Shown here piece by piece: positions 1 through 10,118 of a DNA stretch of 64,000 bases (the stretch's first letter is position 1; every line of letters begins with the position of its first letter). The notes under the pieces were generated by a model. That model saw only the letters and a list, made by a program, of their open reading frames with translations. It was not told the origin of the DNA and searched no databases. The position numbers were made by a program, and so were the translations under genes. This DNA is from Lachnospiraceae bacterium (lineage in GTDB: Bacteria > Bacillota > Clostridia > Lachnospirales > Lachnospiraceae), in NCBI GenBank assembly GCA_050944455.1, contig JBMNRC010000002.1:1-64000 (forward strand). The letters are read 5' to 3'.

Positions 1-120
1 GAGCCGAAAACAGGGTCTCACCAGCCTATCTGGAGACGATATCAAACAAAAAACTTATCTTTGTACCTCAAATCGGATCTCAAAGGTACGGTTTTATAGT
101 ACGAAGATTCGGGAAACCAT

Positions 121-230
121 TAATTAATCAGAATCAAAAAGTCAGAAAAGAATAATCAGAAGCAATCCAATCAGAAGCAATAAATCAGAAACATCAAATA
201 AATCAGAAACATCAATCTGAATAAACCGGA
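121..230. repeat. AT-rich island with about 6 degenerate tandem copies of a 14-18 bp unit (AATCAGAAGCAATMM)
   Basis: TCAGAA motif recurs at 127,142,156,171,185,203; AT-rich in a GC-rich window; lies 3' of the 249..914 minus-strand gene. Confidence 0.6.
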
Positions 231-248
231 ACAGATAGATCTGAAGGT

Positions 249-914
249 TCAGTGCTTCCTCTTCTTTTTGGTCGCTCTGTTCTTAGGGGCGTTATGTCCG
301 CCGGTTACCGGAGAAGAAGAATTCACGGCTGTACTTCCGCCCGCTGAAGAGGCTGCGCCGGACTGGGAAGCACCGCGTGAAGCGGAGGATGTTCCTGACG
401 CCGTGTCGGAGGAAGCTTTTTTCTCCTTTTTGCCGGATGAGGATTTAGCGGCCTGCGCGCTGTCATTTTCTTTTTTCCAGAACATCAGGCGGGCAAGCCC
501 TCTCTTCTTTTTCGGAAGAGGGAGAACTGTGCCGCCGCGGACACTCTTGATTTCGGTGATGTAAATGCCGCTGATGACAACTTTTACCTCTTTTCTGGGC
601 GGAAGCTGTTCAAAGACGACCGGGTCGGCGATCAGCGTCATTACCTTCGGGCCGATCTTTGCCTTGACAATCGGCATCTTTGCCCGGCGAAGGTATTTCG
701 GAGTCTGTGAGATTACCATATCCGGAAGGCCCGAATCGCGGAGGCGCATCCGTTTTTTATCGATGATCAGCATGGAAACGGTCTGTTTCATCGCCTCCAT
801 CTGCTCTTCCGAAGCCTGCTGTTTTCGCTGGAGCTTTGTGCCCACGATGTAGAGCACAACCAGCACGGCGGCAACAGCGACAAGCACGATAATCAGAATC
901 TGCCACCAGGTCAT
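249..914 (-). CDS. hypothetical membrane-anchored protein with basic Ser/Ala/Gly/Lys-rich C-terminal tail
   Basis: 221-aa ORF, hydrophobic N-terminus ILIIVLVAVAAVLVVLYIV, low-complexity tail; no family recognised by eye. Confidence 0.45.
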   Translation of the reverse strand: MTWWQILIIVLVAVAAVLVVLYIVGTKLQRKQQASEEQMEAMKQTVSMLIIDKKRMRLRDSGLPDMVISQTPKYLRRAKMPIVKAKIGPKVMTLIADPVVFEQLPPRKEVKVVISGIYITEIKSVRGGTVLPLPKKKRGLARLMFWKKENDSAQAAKSSSGKKEKKASSDTASGTSSASRGASQSGAASSAGGSTAVNSSSPVTGGHNAPKNRATKKKRKH

Positions 915-1034
915 GAAAAATCCCTCCTCAAAGCTGTATTCAAACTGTATTCAGATTGTCTTTCCCGCCGGATTCCGTACGGTAAAACGATAGCTCATAT
1001 TTTATCACAGCGGGTATTATCGTGTCAAAAAAAT

Positions 1035-1517
1035 TCAGCCGGCATCATCCCCGTCAGACGGGGGCAGAGGGAGCGACGGGTCCGAGAGCCTGCTGTTGTG
1101 GTATCTGCCGTCCATGGTGACGTCTTTCCCGAACCATTCAGGCGGATTGAACGCCAGCGCGGTTTCACGGCTGGGGAACTCGACTTCCGTCACGATCAGT
1201 CCCTTCAGGTCACCGGAGAAAATGTCCAGCTCAGCCGTGAGGCCGTCCCGCAGCGGGATCCGGTAGCGGGTTTTGGTAATGATCCGGCCGTCCGCCTTCC
1301 CGATCAGGTGGAGATAGGATTCTTTTGTGAGCGGAAGGTTGTACTCTTCACGCTCGAGAAGCCCTGCCCCCTTGTAGGTGAGGACATAACGGGCGCCTTC
1401 TTTTCTGACGCGCACCACCGGCGAGGTGCACAGATACCCCTGCTCGAACCGGTCGTGCGGATACTGATCCAGATTCTCCGGCAGCTTCTTTACCAGAAAT
1501 TTGCGTTCAATTTCCAT
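1035..1517 (-). CDS. CYTH-domain protein (class IV adenylate cyclase / triphosphate tunnel metalloenzyme family)
   Basis: Starts MEIERKFLV (typical CYTH N-terminus) with GGAGGGG RBS 7 nt upstream; the longer 286-aa ORF in the track is an upstream in-frame read-through. Confidence 0.75.
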   Translation of the reverse strand: MEIERKFLVKKLPENLDQYPHDRFEQGYLCTSPVVRVRKEGARYVLTYKGAGLLEREEYNLPLTKESYLHLIGKADGRIITKTRYRIPLRDGLTAELDIFSGDLKGLIVTEVEFPSRETALAFNPPEWFGKDVTMDGRYHNSRLSDPSLPLPPSDGDDAG

Positions 1518-1697
1518 CAGGTTCCCCTCCAAAAGTCCGGTTAACGTTTCAGCGGCCGGACTGAATCTGCCCGGCGCGCGTGCGCAGCCCGCCGGATCGG
1601 GCGTGTGATCTGCGGCTGCCCGGGAACCGGCTTTGCCGGCGTGCGTGCGCGGACAGCAGTATTCTACAGTTTTGCGCCCTTTTTTGCAATGCCGCGG

Positions 1698-1726
1698 TTG
1701 ACAGAACAGGCGGCCTCTTTTATAAT
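1698..1726 (+). promoter_or_regulatory. consensus sigma-A promoter TTGACA-17-TATAAT followed by about 180-nt GC-rich leader
   Basis: TTGACA 1698-1703, 17-nt spacer, TATAAT 1721-1726; next start codon at 1910. Confidence 0.6.
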
Positions 1727-1909
1727 TTTTGCATCTTGCGTCACTGGCGGGACAGCCGGTGCGCTGCGGGCTGCCGGGCCGGGATCCGCGGACTGCAGTC
1801 ACGCTGATCGGGGCAGCCGGCCGCCCGGACGCCCGGACATTCCGGCGGCCCGGATTTATATGAGACGGATCCGTACCCGGCCGGATTTCGGACACATGGA
1901 GGAATTGCG

Positions 1910-2461
1910 ATGATTTACGAATTGCTTGCTGATGGTTTTGAGGAAACGGAGGCAGTCGCGCCGGTTGATCTGCTCCGGCGGGCGCATCTGGACGTGCAGA
2001 CGGTTTCCATCACGGCGGAGAAAGTCGTGAAAGGATCCCACGGGATTCCCGTGACGGCGGACATCGCGATGAGCGAGCTCTCGGTGGAAGCGGAAGACAC
2101 CCTTATTCTGCCGGGCGGCAAGCGCGGCACAGAAAACCTGAAAGCATCCGGCGAGGTGACGAAGCTTCTCCTGACCCACGCCGGAGAACAGCGCGGACGC
2201 ATCGCCGCGATCTGCGCAGCGCCTTCCGTCCTCGGAAAGCTCGGGATTCTTCAGGGAAAGCGGGCCACCTGCCACGCCGGGTTTGAGGATCAGCTGACCG
2301 GCGCGGAGTTTGTGGACAGCCCGGTTGTCACGGACGGCCTGATTACGACCAGCCGGGGAATGGGGACTGCCGTCGCGTTCGGCCTGGAGCTGGTAAAGCT
2401 CCTGAAGGACCAGGAGACTGCGGACCGGATCGCTCAGGCAATCCATCTGCCCAAGGGCTGA
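1910..2461 (+). CDS. DJ-1/PfpI family protein
   Basis: 183 aa; conserved nucleophile-elbow context AAICAAP and DJ-1-like fold motifs; GGAGGA RBS. Confidence 0.8.
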   Translation: MIYELLADGFEETEAVAPVDLLRRAHLDVQTVSITAEKVVKGSHGIPVTADIAMSELSVEAEDTLILPGGKRGTENLKASGEVTKLLLTHAGEQRGRIAAICAAPSVLGKLGILQGKRATCHAGFEDQLTGAEFVDSPVVTDGLITTSRGMGTAVAFGLELVKLLKDQETADRIAQAIHLPKG

Positions 2462-2723
2462 TTCCCGGCGTTTCCCGGACAGGGAACGGACCGGCCCGAG
2501 ACTGCCGGTGCGCCGCGAAACGGAAGCGGACTCTGCCCGGGATGCCGTCGGAGAAGAAAATTTCAGAAAAAATCTGACAATTTCTTTGACTGAAACTGGC
2601 AAAAACGTTATCAGCGTGTTATAATCATAAGTCGCAGGCGTGCAGACTCAATCCGGCCTGCGCATTCTCGTCCGCGCATACATCCGCGGATATCAAGAAG
2701 TACAGGTGGGAGGAACTACAACA

Positions 2724-4103
2724 ATGAGTGTACAGGTTGAAAATCTTGAGAAAAACACAGCAAAACTGACCGTTACGGTCGGTGCTGATGAATTTGAGAA
2801 AGCACTGCAGCGCGCTTACCTGAAGGAAAAGAACAGAATTACCGTTCAGGGCTTCCGCAAGGGCAAGGCCCCGCGCAAGCTGATCGAGAAGGTTTACGGA
2901 CCGCAGATTTTCTATGAGGACGCTGCCAACTATCTGATCCCGGGAGCTTACGACGACGCCGTGAAGGAAAGCGGCCTTGAGGTTGTCTCCCGCCCTGAGG
3001 TTGACGTCAGCCAGATCGAGGAAGGCAAGGATTTTATCTTCACGGCTGTCGTTGCCGTGCGTCCTGAAGTGACCGTCGGCGATTATAAGGGCCTGGAAGT
3101 CGAGGAGGAGCCGGTTGAGGTTACCGACGCCGAGATCGACAACCAGCTGAAGGAAGAGCAGAAAAAGCAGGTCGTCATGCAGGATATCGACGACCGCCCG
3201 TCCGAGAACGGCGACATTGTCAACATTGATTACGAGGGCTTCTGCGACGGCAAGGCTTTCGACGGCGGCAAGGGCCAGAATTACGACCTGACGCTCGGCT
3301 CCAACACCTTCATCCCGGGCTTCGAGGACCAGCTGGTCGGAAAGAAAGCTGGAGACCAGGTTGACGTCCAGGTGACCTTCCCGGAGGACTACAGCGCGAA
3401 GGAGCTTGCCGGCAAGGCGGCGACTTTCAAGGTGACCATCCATTCCGTCAAGAAGGAAATCCTTCCGGAGATCGACGATGAGTTCGCGAGCGAAGTTTCC
3501 GATTTCGATACGCTGGCCGAGTATAAGGAAGACCTGAAGAAGAAGACTCTTGAGCGCAAGACGAAGGAGGCTGAGAACCGCAAAAAGGATGACGCGGTCC
3601 AGAAGGCTGTTTCCAACGCGCAGATGGAGATCCCGGACGCGATGGTTGACACGCAGGCCAGGGATATGGTCAACAATTTCGCGCGCAGAATCCAGCAGCA
3701 GGGCATGTCTATCGACCAGTACCTGAAGTACACCGGCATGACGGTGGATCAGCTGATCGAGCAGACAAAGCCGCAGGCTCTCTCCAACATCAGGACCCGC
3801 CTGCTTCTGGAGGAAGTCGTCAAGGCTGAAAACATCGAAGTTTCCGATGAGGACCTCGACAAGGAAATCGCGAAGATGGCCGACACCTACAAGATGGAAG
3901 CCGACAAGCTCAAGGAGTCTCTCGGAGAGGAGAACCTGAAGAATCTGCGCGAGGATCTCGCTGTCGAAAAGGCGGCGGACCTGATTGGGGATTCCGCGGT
4001 GGCGGTCGCCCCGAAGGCTGAGGAAAAGGCTGACGCTCCGGCAGAAGACGCCGCGGCTGAAAAACCGGCTGAAAGCGCGGAAGCTTCCGCGGATCAGCAG
4101 TAA
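2724..4103 (+). CDS. tig: trigger factor
   Basis: MSVQVENLEKNTAKLTV..QGFRKGKAPRKLIE (ribosome-binding signature), FKBP-type PPIase middle domain; RBS GGTGGGAGGAA; upstream ORF start at 2640 rejected. Confidence 0.93.
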   Translation: MSVQVENLEKNTAKLTVTVGADEFEKALQRAYLKEKNRITVQGFRKGKAPRKLIEKVYGPQIFYEDAANYLIPGAYDDAVKESGLEVVSRPEVDVSQIEEGKDFIFTAVVAVRPEVTVGDYKGLEVEEEPVEVTDAEIDNQLKEEQKKQVVMQDIDDRPSENGDIVNIDYEGFCDGKAFDGGKGQNYDLTLGSNTFIPGFEDQLVGKKAGDQVDVQVTFPEDYSAKELAGKAATFKVTIHSVKKEILPEIDDEFASEVSDFDTLAEYKEDLKKKTLERKTKEAENRKKDDAVQKAVSNAQMEIPDAMVDTQARDMVNNFARRIQQQGMSIDQYLKYTGMTVDQLIEQTKPQALSNIRTRLLLEEVVKAENIEVSDEDLDKEIAKMADTYKMEADKLKESLGEENLKNLREDLAVEKAADLIGDSAVAVAPKAEEKADAPAEDAAAEKPAESAEASADQQ

Positions 4104-4254
4104 TCTGACAGTTTTTCGGGCGGACTGCCTCCGGATGCTCCGGCGTCCGGCGGCGGTCCGTCCTGCTATACCGGGAACAGGCGCCGGAAAACTTTCCGCC
4201 GCGGTTCCCGCCGTTTGTTCCTGTCAATGAGTGAACAGAAAGGAGGAACACCAA

Positions 4255-4836
4255 ATGGCACTGGTTCCTTATGTTATCGAGCAGACGAACCGCGGTGAGC
4301 GGTCCTATGACATTTACTCCCGTCTGCTGAAAGACCGCATCATTTTCCTCGGCGAGGAGGTCAACGACGCGTCTGCCAGCGTGATCGTCGCGGAACTTCT
4401 TTTCCTGGAGTCTGAGGACCCCTCGAAGGACATCAGCCTCTATATCAACAGCCCGGGAGGATCTGTGACCGCCGGTTTCGCGATTTATGACACCATGCAG
4501 TATGTGAAATGCGACGTTTCCACAATCTGCGTCGGCATGGCGGCGTCGATGGGCGCGTTTCTTCTTTCCGGCGGCACCAAGGGAAAGAGAATGGCGCTCC
4601 CGAACTCTTCGATCATGATTCACCAGCCGTCCGGCGGCGCGCAGGGCCAGGCTACCGAGATCCGCATTGTCGCTGAGGAAATCCTCAAGACGAGAAAACG
4701 CCTCAACGAGCTTCTCGCAAAGCATACCGGCCAGCCGATCGAAGTGATCGAGCGCGACACTGAGCGGGATAATTACATGACGGCGGAGGAGGCCATGAAG
4801 TACGGCCTGATCGACCGCGTCATTACAAACAGGTAA
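4255..4836 (+). CDS. clpP: ATP-dependent Clp protease proteolytic subunit
   Basis: [33 protein letters not shown]...[11 protein letters not shown]; AGGAGG RBS at 4241. Confidence 0.95.
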   Translation: MALVPYVIEQTNRGERSYDIYSRLLKDRIIFLGEEVNDASASVIVAELLFLESEDPSKDISLYINSPGGSVTAGFAIYDTMQYVKCDVSTICVGMAASMGAFLLSGGTKGKRMALPNSSIMIHQPSGGAQGQATEIRIVAEEILKTRKRLNELLAKHTGQPIEVIERDTERDNYMTAEEAMKYGLIDRVITNR

Positions 4837-4845
4837 GGGGTACGA

Positions 4846-6150
<1,305 letters not shown>

Positions 6151-6178
6151 GTTTTTAAGATAACAGTTTCTGAGACAG

Positions 6179-6215
6179 GATCCGGGCGGACTCAGGTTCG
6201 CCCGGATCTTTCTGT
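6179..6215 (+). terminator. rho-independent terminator after clpX
   Basis: GATCCGGGCG / CGCCCGGATC 10-bp stem, 10-nt loop, then TTTCTGT. Confidence 0.7.
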
Positions 6216-6286
6216 CAGAGGGACAGGGCACGGCGCGTCAGGGCCGGAGCGCTGCGGCCGGCCCGCGATTCAGATAGGGAGAGATT

Positions 6287-9109
6287 GTGGCAGAAGTACA
6301 GAGAAAAATGGTGACAGTGGCGCTGCGGAATGACGCGGTGCTTCCGGATATGAAAACCACCGTGCGCGTTTCACGCCCGATGGCTGTCAGCGCGCTGAAA
6401 GCGGCGGCAAAACAGAACCAGGAGGTTTTTCTGGTAGCCCAGAAGAATGACCAGGCGGAGAACCCCGCTGAGGAGGATCTGTTCCGCGTCGGAGTGACCG
6501 CGCTCGTCCGGAGGATCACGGAGCAGCCGGGCACTCAGGAGATTCTGGCCGATGTGACCGGCCTGCGGCCCGCGGTGATCGTCTCCGTGGAGGAGTATGT
6601 GCCGCAGATCGTGGCGCAGGTAAGGGAGATACCGACAGAGCGAGCTGACGATGACGTCCGGGAAGCGATGCGGCGCGTCCTGCTGACGGAAGTCAGGCGT
6701 TTTTCGGAGACCCTTGATCCGGGCAGGGGCGACGCCCTGCGTTATTTCGCGGAACATACGCAGGATTTCGACGCTTTTTCTTCCGGGGTCGCGGCGAGGC
6801 TCCCGATGCCTTGGCAGGCGCGCCAGCGCTACCTGGAAATCTGTTCGGACGAGAGCGCGAGATACAGTTTTCTGATTGAATACCTGACCAGGGAGGCGGA
6901 CGTCGAAAAAATCCGCCGGAACTATGAGAAAAAGGTCAGGCATAATCTGGAGCAGAACCAGAAGGAATATATCCTGCGCGAGCAGATGAAGGTCATCCGC
7001 GGTGAGCTCGGCGAGGACGCCGAATCCGACGCCGACCGCTACGCGAAGATGGCGAAGGAACTGGACGCCCCGCAGGAGGTTCACGACGTGCTGGACCGGG
7101 AAATCCGCAAGCTCCGCAAGATGACGTATCCGGGGCCGGAGATGAGCGTCATCCAGAACTATATCGAGACGCTTCTCGACATTCCCTGGGAAAAACGCAC
7201 GGAGGAGAAGATTTCGATCCCCGAGGCCAGAAAGATCCTTGATCAGGATCATTACGGCCTGAAAGAGGTGAAGGAGCAGGTCCTTCAGTATCTGGCGGTG
7301 CGCAGGCTGACCGGAAACAGCTCCGGGCAGATCCTGCTGCTTGTCGGCCCCCCGGGCACCGGCAAGACATCCATCGCGAAATCGGTGGCGAAAGCCCTGA
7401 ACCGCCGATATGTGAGAATGAGCCTCGGCGGCGTGCATGACGAAGCCGAGATCCGCGGGCACCGCCGCACTTACGTCGGCGCGATGCCCGGCCGGATTGT
7501 CCAGGCGATCCGGAGGGCGGGCGTGAAAAACCCGCTGATTCTGCTCGATGAGCTGGACAAGGTGGGGAACGATTCCCTCCACGGCGATACGTCCTCCGCC
7601 CTGCTTGAGGTGCTGGACCGGGAGCAGAACAATACCTTCACGGACAATTATGTGGAAATCCCGCTCGATCTTTCGGAGGTGCTGTTCATGGCGACGGCCA
7701 ACACGCTGCAGAGCATTCCCCGCCCGCTTCTAGACCGGATGGAAGTGATCGAGATCAGCGGCTACACCGAGCCTGAGAAAATCCAGATCGGCCTGCGTTT
7801 TCTGGTTCCGAAGCAGATCGCGGCGAGCGGCCTTTCCGGCAGCCGGATTTCCATCGACGAATCGGCGGTGCGCGATATCATCCGCTATTACACCAGCGAG
7901 GCGGGAGTGCGCGGCCTGGAGCGGAGCATCGAGACCGTCTGCCACAAAGCGGCGCTGGAATACCTCGAGAAGAATCCCGGCGCCGCCGCGGAGCAGGAGG
8001 ACGACGGGATTCCGAAACTGCGCGGGGAGAGCGGCGGCAGCGCGGATGAAAGCGCCGGTGCGGCGGGGGCCGGTACTCCGGACGGGGCCGCGGCGGATAG
8101 CAATACCCGGAACGGCAGTGCTGCGGACGGCAATATCCGGAAAGTTGGCGCGGCGAAGGATGGTACTCCGGACGGGGCCGCGGCAGACAGCAATACTGCT
8201 GAAGAAACGGAAAGCGGCGCCGGAACGGCAGTGACAAAAGCCGGCGGCACTGAAGCGGAAAGCGATGCCGGCCCGAAGACTGCAGCGGCAGACGCCGGCC
8301 CGAAGATTGCCGTGAATTCGGAGAACCTCAGCCATTATCTGGGCAAGCGCCGGTACCGCGGAGAACTGATCGGGAGCAAACCGATGGTAGGGATCGTCCG
8401 CGGGCTCGCCTGGACAGCGGTGGGCGGCGTGACGCTGGAAATCGAAGTGTCCATGCTGCCGGGCAAAGGGACGGTCGTGCTGACCGGGCAGATGGGCGAC
8501 GTGATGAAGGAGTCCGCACAGATCGCCCTTTCCTATGTCCGTTCGGTGGCAAAGCAGTACGATATCCCGCCGGCATTCTTTGAAAAGCATGATATCCACC
8601 TGCACATTCCGGAGGGGGCAGTACCCAAGGACGGCCCGAGCGCGGGTGTCACGATGACCACGGCGATCCTTTCCGCGGCGGCGGATATCCCGGTGAGGCC
8701 GGACGTTGCCATGACCGGCGAAGTAACCCTGCGGGGCAGGGTGATCCCCATCGGCGGTCTCCGGGAAAAACTTCTCGCGTCGAAAGCGGCTGGCATCCGG
8801 ACCGTGCTGGTTCCGGAGGGGAACCGTGACGACCTTGAGGAGCTTTCCGAAGATGTGACGGGAGGGCTTAAGATCGTTCAGGTATCCTCCATGGAGCAGG
8901 TCCTGGACGCCGCACTGGTGCCGGACAAAAAGAAATCCGGCGGAGGGAATTCAGACAGACCGGCCGGAAAAGCGGACAGCGGGAATTCCGGCGGAACGGC
9001 CGGGAAAACGGAAGCCGGGAAACATCACGGCAAAGACAGAAGCGCCGGTAAAGACAAACGCGGCGGCAGGGAGAAAGGGAAAAAGCATGGCGGACAAAGG
9101 ATCAGATGA
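6287..9109 (+). CDS. lon: endopeptidase La (LonA) carrying an about 110-aa low-complexity insertion and a basic C-terminal tail
   Basis: GTG start with AGGGAGAG RBS; Lon N-domain, Walker A GPPGTGKTS, S16 protease motif DGPSAGVTMTTAILSA; insertion between AAA+ and protease domains. Confidence 0.92.
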   Translation: MAEVQRKMVTVALRNDAVLPDMKTTVRVSRPMAVSALKAAAKQNQEVFLVAQKNDQAENPAEEDLFRVGVTALVRRITEQPGTQEILADVTGLRPAVIVSVEEYVPQIVAQVREIPTERADDDVREAMRRVLLTEVRRFSETLDPGRGDALRYFAEHTQDFDAFSSGVAARLPMPWQARQRYLEICSDESARYSFLIEYLTREADVEKIRRNYEKKVRHNLEQNQKEYILREQMKVIRGELGEDAESDADRYAKMAKELDAPQEVHDVLDREIRKLRKMTYPGPEMSVIQNYIETLLDIPWEKRTEEKISIPEARKILDQDHYGLKEVKEQVLQYLAVRRLTGNSSGQILLLVGPPGTGKTSIAKSVAKALNRRYVRMSLGGVHDEAEIRGHRRTYVGAMPGRIVQAIRRAGVKNPLILLDELDKVGNDSLHGDTSSALLEVLDREQNNTFTDNYVEIPLDLSEVLFMATANTLQSIPRPLLDRMEVIEISGYTEPEKIQIGLRFLVPKQIAASGLSGSRISIDESAVRDIIRYYTSEAGVRGLERSIETVCHKAALEYLEKNPGAAAEQEDDGIPKLRGESGGSADESAGAAGAGTPDGAAADSNTRNGSAADGNIRKVGAAKDGTPDGAAADSNTAEETESGAGTAVTKAGGTEAESDAGPKTAAADAGPKIAVNSENLSHYLGKRRYRGELIGSKPMVGIVRGLAWTAVGGVTLEIEVSMLPGKGTVVLTGQMGDVMKESAQIALSYVRSVAKQYDIPPAFFEKHDIHLHIPEGAVPKDGPSAGVTMTTAILSAAADIPVRPDVAMTGEVTLRGRVIPIGGLREKLLASKAAGIRTVLVPEGNRDDLEELSEDVTGGLKIVQVSSMEQVLDAALVPDKKKSGGGNSDRPAGKADSGNSGGTAGKTEAGKHHGKDRSAGKDKRGGREKGKKHGGQRIR
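8076..8194 (+). repeat. two 33-bp direct repeats inside the lon insertion, each encoding GTPDGAAADSNT
   Basis: GGTACTCCGGACGGGGCCGCGGCRGAYAGCAATAC at 8076 and 8162. Confidence 0.8.
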
Positions 9110-9758
9110 CCGGGAACGGAAGCGGAAAACCGGCGCAGGTACGGCTCCGGCTCCCGCGGCCCGGCCGCTGGAGGTAAAGAATGTGCTTCTCGAGACAGTC
9201 TGCGGGGTCACCAGCACGCTTCCGCGGAACAGCCTGCCGGAGATCGTCTTTGCCGGGAAATCCAACGTGGGGAAATCCTCGCTGATCAATGTGCTGCTCA
9301 ACCGCAAAGCGCTGGCGAGGGTTTCCGCGGAGCCGGGAAAGACGAGAACTATCAATTTCTACCGCGTCAACGACGGCTGCTATTTTGTCGATCTCCCCGG
9401 CTACAGCTTCGCGAATGTCCCGAAGAGCGTGAGGCTGCAGTGGGGAAAAATGATCGAGAACTACCTCAATCAGTCCCGGCAGATCCGGAGAGTGTTCCTG
9501 CTGGTCGATCTGCGGCGCGAGCCGTCGGAGAACGACCTGATGATGGCAGACTGGATCCGCGCCTCCGGGCGGAGGCCCGCGGTGATCGCGACCAAACTGG
9601 ACAAGGTCAGGAAGAGCCAGGTCCCGGCGCAGATCGCGGCAGTCCGCCGCGGGCTTCTGCTGGAGGACGCGGATCCGCTCATTCCGTTCTCGGCCGCGAC
9701 ACGGCAGGGGCGGGAGGAAATTCTTTCCCTGATCGCGGAAGATATCGCCCGCCGCTGA
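9087..9758 (+). CDS. engB: ribosome biogenesis GTP-binding protein EngB/YsxC
   Basis: G1 GKSNVGKSS, G3 DLPGYSF, TKLDK; about 30-aa Ala/Pro/basic N-terminal extension; overlaps lon 3' end by 23 nt. Confidence 0.9.
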   Translation: MADKGSDDRERKRKTGAGTAPAPAARPLEVKNVLLETVCGVTSTLPRNSLPEIVFAGKSNVGKSSLINVLLNRKALARVSAEPGKTRTINFYRVNDGCYFVDLPGYSFANVPKSVRLQWGKMIENYLNQSRQIRRVFLLVDLRREPSENDLMMADWIRASGRRPAVIATKLDKVRKSQVPAQIAAVRRGLLLEDADPLIPFSAATRQGREEILSLIAEDIARR

Positions 9759-9775
9759 CTGAGGCGGACGGTCAT

Positions 9776-9855
9776 GCCCGCGGCCCGGGCAGCCTTTGAA
9801 TGCCGGCCGGTATTGCCCGGCCGGATGGATGATACCGCCCGCGGCCCGGGCAGCC
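9776..9855 (+). repeat. pair of 19-bp direct repeats GCCCGCGGCCCGGGCAGCC spaced 61 bp
   Basis: copies at 9776-9794 and 9837-9855 in the engB/CNNM intergenic region. Confidence 0.85.
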
Positions 9856-9999
9856 GGTTCCGCGCCGGAGCGGCGGGGCCGCCCGTGCGGCGGATCGGAC
9901 AGAGCTGCCCGGGCAGGGAAACCGCGGCGGAACCGCCGGCAGCGGCGTCACGGGACGCCTCCTGAGCCCGGAGCGCCTTTCCGCGGGGCTGGAATCCAA

Positions 10000-10028
10000 T
10001 TGACAGTAAGTGGCTTTTCTTATAAAAT
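10000..10028 (+). promoter_or_regulatory. consensus sigma-A promoter TTGACA-17-TAAAAT
   Basis: TTGACA 10000-10005, TAAAAT 10023-10028; the track ORF start at 10032 lies at the predicted transcription start and is rejected. Confidence 0.6.
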
Positions 10029-10118
10029 AAGTTGAACTACGCCGGTGTTCCGCCGGCGCAAATTATTGACTTTACGCTGAATCAGAGGGGGATTGTCCCC
10101 GCAGAAGGGGTGGTATTT

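Noticed and set aside
1580-1913. Two short plus-strand ORFs (75 and 102 aa) in the DJ-1 leader
   Set aside because: Cys/Arg/Ala-rich, overlapping each other in different frames, no RBS. Most likely GC-rich leader sequence.
2640-2723. Upstream extensions of tig (2640), clpP (4231), pcrA (18268), the MATE gene (29970), galK (to 53463), the NAGPA gene (38877) and the GH35 gene (to 27235)
   Set aside because: In each case a downstream ATG has a canonical GGAGG-type RBS and matches the conserved family N-terminus. The extensions lack RBSs and encode Arg/Pro-rich junk.
10032-10118. Track-proposed TTG start at 10032 for the CNNM transporter
   Set aside because: Lies at the predicted +1 of the TTGACA-17-TAAAAT promoter with no RBS. 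TTG at 10119 has a GAAGGGGTGG RBS and gives a canonical DUF21 N-terminus.
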